A DNA stretch of 62,628 nt, filler included. It is 3 parts of 3 records of this genome, joined end to end, with 100 filler letters (N's around TTAATTAATTAA, not from the genome) between each part and the next. Parts side by side here need not be neighbours in the genome. Positions count along the whole stretch, not along the records: positions 1 to 29,444 come from SRR22947727_489; 2 more parts are not named here. The stretch is one strand, 5' to 3'. Below are positions 10,329 to 18,993 of the stretch, piece after piece. The translations under genes were made by a program, and so were the position numbers. Below the pieces are notes generated by a model, which was not told the origin of the DNA, searched no databases, and was given only the letters and a program-made list of their open reading frames with translations. Position 1 is the first letter of the stretch; every line of letters begins with the position of its first letter.

Positions 10329-11225
10329 ATGTTTAACAATTTTTTTAAAAGACAATGGATAGTTCCTTATCTATTTTTAGCTCCTGCATTATTAGCAACC
10401 ATAGCTTTTAAACTTTATCCAATCTTCATCGGTTTTTGGGAAAGCTTAATTTATACTAGCTTTGGTGGAGGTGTGGAAAAAAGATCATTTGTGTGGTTTG
10501 AGAATTATCAATATCTTTTTAGTGATCCATTATTTTGGCAGTCTTTAAAAATTACATCTATTTTAACAATATTTATCAATCCTTTTCAGATTGCTCTGTC
10601 TTTGGGTTTAGCTCTTTTGTTAATGCGCAAATCAAAATTCATAAGAGTTATAAGATCTTTGTATTTGCTTCCAATAGGTGTTGCATTGCCAATAGCGACG
10701 GTAGTTTGGGGCTTAATGCTTGATCCTTATCAAGGACTAGCAAATGGTTTTATTGGACTCTTTGGAATACCGCCCCAACCTTTTTTAGTGAGTGAACATC
10801 AAGCCTTGTGGTCTATTATAGCTATAGCTACATGGAAAGGTGTTGCTTTTTGGATGCTTTTCTTACTTGCAGGTATGGAAGAAATCCCTACACAATATTA
10901 TGAAGCTGCAAAAATTGATGGAGCAAGGCCATTTGAAAAATTTAGATTTATAACTTTGCCTTTATTAAAAAGAACAATACTTTTTGTTTTTGTGGCAGAT
11001 ACCGCTACAAACTTTGTGTTGATGGTTCCCATGATTATTTTAACAAAGGGAGGTCCAATGCAGTCAACAAATGTACTAGCTTTTGAGGCTTATCGTAGTG
11101 GTTTTTATTATCAGGATTGGGGTAGATCATTATCAATTATAAGTATTTTGACAATTATTTCTCTAGTTGTAATCGGACTTCAGTTATTGTTCTTGGGTGA
11201 TAATAAAGAGGATCGAGTTAAATAA
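10329..11225 (+). CDS. CUT1 ABC transporter permease (MalF/UgpA-like)
   Basis: PYLFLAP, ENY..LF.DP.FW, EAA loop YEAAKIDGA...FRFITLP. Confidence 0.92.
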   Translation: MFNNFFKRQWIVPYLFLAPALLATIAFKLYPIFIGFWESLIYTSFGGGVEKRSFVWFENYQYLFSDPLFWQSLKITSILTIFINPFQIALSLGLALLLMRKSKFIRVIRSLYLLPIGVALPIATVVWGLMLDPYQGLANGFIGLFGIPPQPFLVSEHQALWSIIAIATWKGVAFWMLFLLAGMEEIPTQYYEAAKIDGARPFEKFRFITLPLLKRTILFVFVADTATNFVLMVPMIILTKGGPMQSTNVLAFEAYRSGFYYQDWGRSLSIISILTIISLVVIGLQLLFLGDNKEDRVK

Positions 11226-12064
11226 TGTTTAAACATATTAATAAAAATTGGCCAATTTATGCCTGGTACTTTGTTATTGTTATAGGTTTAATTATTACAA
11301 TAGCTCCTTTTTGGTGGGCTTTATCTAGTTCATTTAAAGATAATGTTACAATTTTTTCTGAGGTTGCTCCTTTTTCTTTTTGGTCAATGGTGCCTGGCAC
11401 TTCGTTGGACCCATATTATGGTATTTTTCAAAAAGGATTTGGTAGAGCAATGGCTAATACACTCTTTGTTTCTGTTGTATCAGTTATAGGAGGTATAATT
11501 ATAAATTCTATGGCAGGTTTTGCTTTCGCACAGTTTAGATTTAAGGGAGATAATATTATGTTCGGATTTATTTTATTATCATTTGCAGTGCCAGCAGATG
11601 CTATTGCAATTCCATTATTTAAAATGATGAGACAGATTGGCTGGTTTGATACCTATTATGCTTTAATAATTCCAATGCTTGCTAATGGCATAATAATTTT
11701 CTTATTTAGACAATTTTTCATTGGTATTCCTAAAGAATTAATGGAGGCAGCAAGGGTAGATGGTCTATCGTGGTTTGGTGTTTATTGGAAAATATGTATG
11801 CCTTTATCAAAACCAGTAACGTTAGGTGCGGGTCTGTTACTCTTTGTTTTTCAATGGGAGTCTTTTTTGTGGCCGTTAATTGCAGCCCCTTCTCCAGATC
11901 TTCATTTAATTCAAGTGGTGTTAGCAAGATTCTCAACTGAATATGCCCCTATATGGAATCAACAATTTGCTGCATCTACTATTGCAGGTCTGTTACCACT
12001 TATATTTATTTATCTTTTTCAAAAACAGTTTGTAAGCGCTCTAACTGGTGTCGAACAAAAATAA
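11225..12064 (+). CDS. CUT1 ABC transporter permease (MalG/UgpE-like)
   Basis: RQFF..IPKELMEAARVDG, WESFLWP, FQKQFV. Confidence 0.92.
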   Translation: MFKHINKNWPIYAWYFVIVIGLIITIAPFWWALSSSFKDNVTIFSEVAPFSFWSMVPGTSLDPYYGIFQKGFGRAMANTLFVSVVSVIGGIIINSMAGFAFAQFRFKGDNIMFGFILLSFAVPADAIAIPLFKMMRQIGWFDTYYALIIPMLANGIIIFLFRQFFIGIPKELMEAARVDGLSWFGVYWKICMPLSKPVTLGAGLLLFVFQWESFLWPLIAAPSPDLHLIQVVLARFSTEYAPIWNQQFAASTIAGLLPLIFIYLFQKQFVSALTGVEQK

Positions 12065-13146
12065 TGCTTGTTAACGATACTAACCTTACAACAATTTGGG
12101 TAGATGAAAATAATCAGAAAATAAAAATTATTGATCAAAGACTTCTTCCTCATGAGCTAAGTATAGTAACATTAAACTCAGTTAAGGATGTTGAATTTGC
12201 TATTAGAGAAATGCAGGTTAGAGGAGCTCCTTTAATAGGTGTTACTGCTGCTTTTGGAATGTATGTTGCTGCTTTAGAAGATTCTTCAATGGAGTTTCTT
12301 AATCAAGCTGCAGATTTTTTAATAAAATCAAGACCAACAGCAGTTAATTTAAGTTGGGCAATAGAAAAAATTAAATTAGAAATTTCTAATATAGATCAAG
12401 CAAATAGAGCAGATAGTATTTTTAATTTAGCTAAAAAAATTAGAGAAGATGATATTGAGGCGTGTAGTAAGATAGGTGAATATGGCCTTGAATTAATAAA
12501 AAATATTTATAGTAAAACAAACTCAACAGTAAATATCCTAACTCATTGTAATGCAGGTTGGTTAGCTGCTGTTGATTGGGGTACAGCTTTAGCACCAATA
12601 TTTAAAGCTAAAAAAAATAATATACCTATTCATGTGTGGGTTGATGAGACTCGACCTAGAAATCAGGGTTTTAATTTAACTGCTTGGGAACTAATTAATG
12701 AGAATATTGATTGCTCTCTAATTGTTGATAATGTCGGTGGTCATTTAATGCAACATAATCAAGTTGATATGTGTATCGTTGGGACAGACAGAACAACCTT
12801 AAGTGGCGATGTTTGTAATAAAATAGGTACTTATTTGAAAGCTCTTGCAGCTTTTGATAATAATATTCCTTTTTATGTATCCGCACCAATTTCAAGTATA
12901 GATTTTAACATTCGAGATGGTATTTCTGAAATTCAAATTGAGACAAGAGATCCCAAAGAAGTAAGTAGTATTTGGGGAGTCGATGAAAATAAAAATATGA
13001 AAACAATAAGTATCGTTCCAGAAAATTCAAAATCAGTAAACTATGCTTTTGATGTTACACCATCTAAATATATCTCTAAACTTATTACTGAAAAGGGAGT
13101 AGTTGACGCAAATGAAATATCAATTAAGGGTTTAAAAGATAAATGA
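12064..13146 (+). CDS. mtnA: methylthioribose-1-phosphate / 5-deoxyribose-1-phosphate isomerase
   Basis: DQRLLP, VRGAPLIG, RPTAVNL, THCNAG, DETRP, NKIGT, AFDVTP; ATG at 12064 overlaps the permease stop (TAATG). Confidence 0.95.
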   Translation: MLVNDTNLTTIWVDENNQKIKIIDQRLLPHELSIVTLNSVKDVEFAIREMQVRGAPLIGVTAAFGMYVAALEDSSMEFLNQAADFLIKSRPTAVNLSWAIEKIKLEISNIDQANRADSIFNLAKKIREDDIEACSKIGEYGLELIKNIYSKTNSTVNILTHCNAGWLAAVDWGTALAPIFKAKKNNIPIHVWVDETRPRNQGFNLTAWELINENIDCSLIVDNVGGHLMQHNQVDMCIVGTDRTTLSGDVCNKIGTYLKALAAFDNNIPFYVSAPISSIDFNIRDGISEIQIETRDPKEVSSIWGVDENKNMKTISIVPENSKSVNYAFDVTPSKYISKLITEKGVVDANEISIKGLKDK

Positions 13147-15152
13147 AAAGTTTATGGAATAATAAAATCGCCTTACAATATGTTAGTGAGTATAAGAAGA
13201 AAAATATTAGTAAAGATTTAGCTCTAAGAATTTATACAACACATTTATTAGGAAAAAATCCAAAACTCGTTTTGCATGGAGGGGGTAATTCTTCAGTAAA
13301 ATCTATAGGTAAAAACTTATATAAAAAAAATGTAAATCTCATTTATGTTAAAGGCAGTGGTTGGGATATGTCAAATTTAAACGAGCTTGGTATGCCTGGC
13401 TTAGAACTTAACCCACTTCTAGAAACTGTAAAATTAAATAAATTAAATGATAATGACATGGTTAACTTATTGCGATCTAATTTAATAAATGCCAACTCAC
13501 CTAATCCTTCCGTTGAAACTCTTTTACACGCTTACTTACCATTTAAGTTTGTAGACCATACTCATTCAAATGCTTTTTTAAGCATTTTAAATCAACCAAA
13601 TTCTCAAGCTTTAATTAAAAAAATTTTTGGAAACAAAGTTGGCATTGTACCCTATATTATGCCTGGCTTTTCTTTAGCAAAAGAATGTTTAAAGATTTTT
13701 AAAAAAGATGAAAAAGTTCAGGGTTTGGCGTTAATTAATCATGGTATTTTTACGTTCGGAGATAGTGCAAAACAAAGCTATGAAAGAATGATCAATTTCG
13801 TTTCTGATGTAGAAAATTATATATCTAAAAATAAAGTTAAACTCAAAACACATACTAATAAATCAAAAATTAATATGTCAGATTTCATGCTGTCTGTTAG
13901 GAAAAGTTTTTCAACTTATTCAAATCATAAATGGATTTTAAAATTTCATAACAATAATGATGATCAAGTTATAGCTTCTACTCAAAACTTAAATAATCTT
14001 ATAAATAAAGGTCCTGTAACTCCAGATCATGTTATTAGAATTAAGTCTAAAATTTTATTTATTTCAAAAAATAAATTTCACAAAATTGATGAGGAAATAA
14101 AAAAATATTGCCAATCTTATAAAAAATATTATTTAAAAAATAAAACTTTTGTTCATAATTGTACAATTACAGACCCACTTCCAAGAATTATAATTTTAGA
14201 AGGAATTGGAATTCTGTCTTTAGGAAAAAAACTGAAAGATCAAAAAATTTCTTATGATATCTTTAGGTCAATGGCATCTTCTGTATTTGATGCTGAAAGA
14301 ATAGGAAAGTTTAAGTCAATAATAGAGAAAGATATTTTTAAGATGGAGTATTGGCCTTTGGAGAGAGCTAAATTAGATAATGCAAAAGTACAATCATTAG
14401 ATGGTAACAATGTTATTATAACTGGTGGTGGTGGCACAATAGGAATGGCAATTGCAAAAAAGTTTAAAAAAGAAGGGGCTAATATAATTCTTATAGATAA
14501 AAAATATGATAAGCATCTTTTAGAAAAAAATAATCTGCATGATTGTTTCTTAATCAATACTGACCTTACTAATAATCAAAAATTAAAAAAAATAGTTGAG
14601 AAAATAGTACTAAACTTTGGAGGTATAGATATATTAATATCTAATGCTGGCAGAGCATTTCAAGGTGCTATTGAAACTGTTGATTCTAAAATAATTAAAA
14701 AAAGTTACGACATTAATTTTTTATCTCACCAAAATATTTCACAATTGACTGTTCAGGTCATGAAAAAACAAAATACCGGAGGTTTAATTTTATATAATTT
14801 ATCTAAGCAGGCTATTAATCCTGGAAAAAACTTTGGTCCTTATGGACTCGCCAAATCAACTACTCTCTTTTTAATGAAACAATACGCACTTGAGTGTGGA
14901 GAATATAATATACGTGTTAACGGCATTAATGCTGATAGAATTGAAAGTGGACTTCTAACAAAAGAATTGATTAATCAACGCGCAACTTCCAGAGGATTAA
15001 GTAAAGAAAAATACTTATCTAATAATCTCCTTAATATTCAAGTATTAGCAGATGATGTTGCTGAAGCATTTTATGCACAAACATTATTGAAAAAAACAAC
15101 AGCTAATATTATTACAGTAGATGGTGGAAATATTGAGGCTAGCCTTAGATAG
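13143..15152 (+). CDS. bifunctional class II aldolase / short-chain dehydrogenase (RhaD-SDR-like fusion)
   Basis: N-terminal: LVLHGGGNSSVK, VKGSG, PSVETLLH, HTH, NHG, TPDH. C-terminal SDR: TGGGGTIG, NAG, YGLAK, IRVNGINAD, VDGG. Confidence 0.9.
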   Translation: MKSLWNNKIALQYVSEYKKKNISKDLALRIYTTHLLGKNPKLVLHGGGNSSVKSIGKNLYKKNVNLIYVKGSGWDMSNLNELGMPGLELNPLLETVKLNKLNDNDMVNLLRSNLINANSPNPSVETLLHAYLPFKFVDHTHSNAFLSILNQPNSQALIKKIFGNKVGIVPYIMPGFSLAKECLKIFKKDEKVQGLALINHGIFTFGDSAKQSYERMINFVSDVENYISKNKVKLKTHTNKSKINMSDFMLSVRKSFSTYSNHKWILKFHNNNDDQVIASTQNLNNLINKGPVTPDHVIRIKSKILFISKNKFHKIDEEIKKYCQSYKKYYLKNKTFVHNCTITDPLPRIIILEGIGILSLGKKLKDQKISYDIFRSMASSVFDAERIGKFKSIIEKDIFKMEYWPLERAKLDNAKVQSLDGNNVIITGGGGTIGMAIAKKFKKEGANIILIDKKYDKHLLEKNNLHDCFLINTDLTNNQKLKKIVEKIVLNFGGIDILISNAGRAFQGAIETVDSKIIKKSYDINFLSHQNISQLTVQVMKKQNTGGLILYNLSKQAINPGKNFGPYGLAKSTTLFLMKQYALECGEYNIRVNGINADRIESGLLTKELINQRATSRGLSKEKYLSNNLLNIQVLADDVAEAFYAQTLLKKTTANIITVDGGNIEASLR

Positions 15153-15713
15153 CTACCAGGAACTATTTGGCTGTTTTAAAAACTCTTCTTCTTCAAATGT
15201 TGATTTTCTATTCAAAATAATATTTCTATGAGGGTATCTTCCAAATTTTTTTATTGCCACTGAATGGTCATTCCATGCATTTTTAACTTTATCATAATGT
15301 TCAAATGATTTTAAATAAGTATCAATAAGTTTGTGACCAAAAACATGATCACTTATATCTTCACTATGAATAAGTGGCATTAAGAGAAAATGTATTTTAT
15401 GTTGATCTAACTCTTCAAGATATCCTCGATCAACGGCTTCATTGACAATTAACCTGGTTTTATAATCTTGTGCAAAAGAATCCGGGGTATTTCTAAAAAG
15501 ATTTCTAGAAAATTGATCTAAAAGTACTACCAAAGATACACACTCTTCTGCAGTATCCTGCCATTCATCATATTCATTATTGATTGCTTTTTTTAGATCT
15601 GTAAAAAATAAATTTTTAATCTTCTGATCATATAGATCATCTTTTTTAAACCAATCTTCCATTGTGGATTGAATAAACCAGAAATCTAAAATTGCTTTTG
15701 CTCTTTCATTCAT
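15153..15713 (-). CDS. DUF924 family protein
   Basis: ILDFWF, LLDQFSRNLFR, MPLIHSE, FGRYPHRN.ILNR.ST.EE. Confidence 0.88.
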   Translation of the reverse strand: MNERAKAILDFWFIQSTMEDWFKKDDLYDQKIKNLFFTDLKKAINNEYDEWQDTAEECVSLVVLLDQFSRNLFRNTPDSFAQDYKTRLIVNEAVDRGYLEELDQHKIHFLLMPLIHSEDISDHVFGHKLIDTYLKSFEHYDKVKNAWNDHSVAIKKFGRYPHRNIILNRKSTFEEEEFLKQPNSSW

Positions 15714-15744
15714 ATCACACCTATAATATAGAAGACGGATCCTC

Positions 15745-16422
15745 ATGACATTAATTAAATTAAATAATAAAATAATTAAGTGTCGTCAGTGTAATCGTTT
15801 AGTTAACTTTAGAGAAAAAATTGCCACTGAGAAACGACGTCAATACATAGACCAAACTTATTGGGGTAAACCAATTACAGGTTATGGTGATATTGATTCG
15901 CAATTACTCATGATAGGATTGGCTCCCGCAGCACATGGTGGGAATAGGACAGGTAGGGTATTTACGGGAGATAAGTCGGCTGATTTTCTTTTCAAATGTC
16001 TTCATAAAGCAGGTTTTGCAAATCAAAGTATTTCAATATCTAGAGATGATGGTTTGGAACTTAATAATCTTTATTTAACAACTGCCTTAAAATGTGTTCC
16101 GCCTGAAGATAAACCTAAGCCTAATGAATTAAAAACCTGTTTTAATTTTTTTAGAGAAGAAATAAATTATCTAGTAAAAATAAATACTATTGTTGCTTTA
16201 GGAAAAATTGCTTTTGATGCATGTTTGAATTTTTATATGCAAGATTATGATCTTAAGAGAAAAGATTTTGTATTTCAGCATGGAACAGAATATATGCTTC
16301 CCGATGATAAAATATTAATCGGTTCTTATCATCCTAGTCCTAGGAATGTAAATACTGGTAGAATAGATGAAAACAAAATGGGTAGATTACTAAAAAAAGT
16401 TAAGAAAGTTATGGATCGATAA
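15745..16422 (+). CDS. uracil-DNA glycosylase family 5 (UdgB-type)
   Basis: CRQC and further Cys (Fe-S ligands), GLAPAAHGGNRTGR.FTGD, YHPSPRN. Confidence 0.9.
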   Translation: MTLIKLNNKIIKCRQCNRLVNFREKIATEKRRQYIDQTYWGKPITGYGDIDSQLLMIGLAPAAHGGNRTGRVFTGDKSADFLFKCLHKAGFANQSISISRDDGLELNNLYLTTALKCVPPEDKPKPNELKTCFNFFREEINYLVKINTIVALGKIAFDACLNFYMQDYDLKRKDFVFQHGTEYMLPDDKILIGSYHPSPRNVNTGRIDENKMGRLLKKVKKVMDR

Positions 16423-16625
16423 TGCCTATTAGAAGAAAATCCAGTATGGAAAAAAAATATTATGAAACCATTGGTCAGGGACTTTTATTTGGCCATGATA
16501 ATCTTCGTTTTAAAACAGTGAATCTTCCACAAAAACAACGTCTTACAAACCTCTGTAAAAAGTTTAGTATAAAATTAATTACTCAATCAAAACCAGTTTT
16601 TTTAAGGGTAATAAATTTATTGTAA
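16422..16625 (+). CDS. small hypothetical protein (67 aa)
   Basis: Fills the gap exactly: start overlaps the UDG stop (TAATG) and its stop abuts the MFS ATG. Confidence 0.55.
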   Translation: MPIRRKSSMEKKYYETIGQGLLFGHDNLRFKTVNLPQKQRLTNLCKKFSIKLITQSKPVFLRVINLL

Positions 16626-17819
16626 ATGAAAAGTTTTTTTTCATATGATCCTAAACTTTTAGTTTATGGATTCTTGATCGTTTTTTTTGCAAGTTACGGC
16701 CAAACTTTTTTTATATCTCTTTTTAATACTGAAATTAGATTTTATTATGGACTCACAGATGGTGAATTTGGTTTTGTGTATGCTATCTCTACTTTGTTTA
16801 GTTCATTTATCCTTATTAGTTTTGCGAAATTAATTGATCATATAGATCTGAGAACCTATTCGCTAATAGTTACTGTCGGTCTTTTGATAGCCTGCATTGG
16901 AATGGCTTTACTAATTAATAATATTTTCTATCTTTTTATAATTATTTTTATGCTTAGGTTTTTTGGGCAAGGAGCAATGACGCATGCGGGAGAAACTACT
17001 ATGGCAAGATATTTTGGGAGTAATAGAGGCAAGGCCTTATCTGTTGCAACACTTGGAGGAATGGCAGGCGTAATGTTTCTTCCTTATATTTCACTAAATT
17101 ATTTTACAAATATAGAAATGAAACAGCTTTGGTTTTATGCATCTATTTCTATTATTGTTTTCATTCCCTTTATTTTTTTAGCATTATCAGGTCAGAAGGC
17201 CAGACATAACAAATTTGATCAAGGCCTGACCAATGATCCCCTTAATTTAAAACTTCGAACAAGAGACATCATTAAAGATAAAAAATTTTATATTTACCTA
17301 CCTTTATCAATCGCTGCACCATTCATATCTACAGGGTTAATGTTTCATCAAATTTATATTTTTGGTCAAAAAGGATGGTCATTAGAAATGCTAGGAAATG
17401 GATACATTCTGCTTGGCTTTTTTTCTATAGTTGGCCTGTTAATAGGTGGCCCCCTGATAGATAGATTTCATACAAAAAAAACCGCAATTACAGTACTTGC
17501 ACCATTACTGCTTTCAGTAATAGTGCTGCTTTTGTTTGATAGTGTATTTTTTTTATTCATCTACATGAGTTTATATGGATTAAACATGGGTATTGGCACT
17601 CCATTTATTGGCTCACTATGGGCTGAAATATATGGCGTAAAAAGTTTAGGAACCGTCAAAGCTTTACTTCATGCCGGAAGCGTGTTTGCAAGTGCTCTTT
17701 CTCCATTGGTATTTGGATATTTAATTGATTGGGGGTACGGTATTACAACTATTATTACAATTAGTATAATAATTATAATTGTTTCAACCCTTCTTCCTAT
17801 TTATAATAAACTTCCATGA
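16626..17819 (+). CDS. MFS transporter
   Basis: About 12 hydrophobic segments; SYGQTFFISLF, LRFFGQG, AEIYG...LG. Confidence 0.88.
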   Translation: MKSFFSYDPKLLVYGFLIVFFASYGQTFFISLFNTEIRFYYGLTDGEFGFVYAISTLFSSFILISFAKLIDHIDLRTYSLIVTVGLLIACIGMALLINNIFYLFIIIFMLRFFGQGAMTHAGETTMARYFGSNRGKALSVATLGGMAGVMFLPYISLNYFTNIEMKQLWFYASISIIVFIPFIFLALSGQKARHNKFDQGLTNDPLNLKLRTRDIIKDKKFYIYLPLSIAAPFISTGLMFHQIYIFGQKGWSLEMLGNGYILLGFFSIVGLLIGGPLIDRFHTKKTAITVLAPLLLSVIVLLLFDSVFFLFIYMSLYGLNMGIGTPFIGSLWAEIYGVKSLGTVKALLHAGSVFASALSPLVFGYLIDWGYGITTIITISIIIIIVSTLLPIYNKLP

Positions 17820-17956
17820 CAGAAAAAGTTGCCGATAGTATAAAATTTTTGATGTCAACATACGAACGCTTGATACAAAAGCAAAAAGAAGAGAAACTAA
17901 CTAAATCTGAATTGGAGACACTAAATAGTTTAAAAAATTTTTTAGGAAAAAAATAA
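17816..17956 (+). CDS. small hypothetical protein (46 aa; absent from ORF track)
   Basis: MTEKVADSIKFLMSTYERLIQKQKEEKLTKSELETLNSLKNFLGKK; ATGA overlap with the MFS stop and TAATG overlap with the zapE start. Confidence 0.6.
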   Translation: MTEKVADSIKFLMSTYERLIQKQKEEKLTKSELETLNSLKNFLGKK

Positions 17957-18993
17957 TGAATTTTTCAGTTCTTGATCACTATAATGGCTTTGTCTTAAAT
18001 AATTTTATCAAAAAAGATAATAGTCAAATCGATTTACTAGATAAAATTTCGTTTACATGGAATCAATTTAATAAAAATAATCTATTTTTTTCTAAAAATA
18101 AAAAAAAAGGTATTTATGTTTATGGTTCGGTTGGTACAGGAAAAACGTTTTTACTGAGCTTATTTTCACAATATAGTAAGGTAGGAAAAAAAATTCACTT
18201 TAACCATTTGATGAATAGAATTCATGATACTATTAATTCAAATGAAAATAAGAGTAAAAAAATTGAATTGTTCATTAAAGAATATTGCAAAGATATTAAA
18301 ATTCTCTTTATCGATGAACTACATATTTTTAATATAGTGGATGCGCTTTTAATTAAAAAAATTTTTCATATACTTGAAGAAAATAATATTTTTGTAATGA
18401 CATCTTCCAATTTTCAACCAAATGATCTCTATAAAAATGGTTTACAAAGAGCAGATTTTTTACCTTTCATAACACACCTGGAAGAAAGTTACGATGTTAT
18501 CAATGTTGTTAGTGAAATAGATTATAGAAGAATTACTCTTAATCAATCAAAGACATATTTCACACCTGTAAATAAAGATACAGAAGAGGAGTTCAACTCA
18601 CTCTTCAATAGATTAGTTGATATAAATAATTTAACAACTAAGAAAATTGAGATTAAAAGCAGAGAAATTTACTTTACCAAATGTTCCGCTAATGTCGCTT
18701 ACTGCACCTTCGATTTTATTTGTAATGCTAATTTGGCACACGACGATTATGCAAATATTGCAAATGAGTTTAAGCTTCTTTTTATTGAAAAGGTTCCAAA
18801 AATGACAAATGATTATTCTGATCAATGTAGAAGGTTTATCAGTTTAATTGATATGTTATATGAAAATAAGTGCTCTGTTGTCATTTTGGCTGAAAACCCC
18901 ATATCATCTCTTTGTCAAATCACTAATCTATCAAAAGAATTTGAGAGAACTGCAAGTAGATTATATGAAATGACCCTTATTCAAGCATCATGA
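17956..18993 (+). CDS. zapE: AFG1/ZapE family ATPase
   Basis: GIYVYGSVGTGKT, IHF..LM, DE, TSSN..P..LY..GLQR, RRFI.LID.LYE, FERT.SRL.EM. Confidence 0.9.
   Translation: MNFSVLDHYNGFVLNNFIKKDNSQIDLLDKISFTWNQFNKNNLFFSKNKKKGIYVYGSVGTGKTFLLSLFSQYSKVGKKIHFNHLMNRIHDTINSNENKSKKIELFIKEYCKDIKILFIDELHIFNIVDALLIKKIFHILEENNIFVMTSSNFQPNDLYKNGLQRADFLPFITHLEESYDVINVVSEIDYRRITLNQSKTYFTPVNKDTEEEFNSLFNRLVDINNLTTKKIEIKSREIYFTKCSANVAYCTFDFICNANLAHDDYANIANEFKLLFIEKVPKMTNDYSDQCRRFISLIDMLYENKCSVVILAENPISSLCQITNLSKEFERTASRLYEMTLIQAS

Noticed and set aside
6588-13146. Ordinary (universal) methionine salvage operon
   Set aside because: No mtnB/C/D/E on the contig, and the aldolase-SDR plus importer point to cleavage and uptake. 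It cannot be fully excluded without the rest of the genome.
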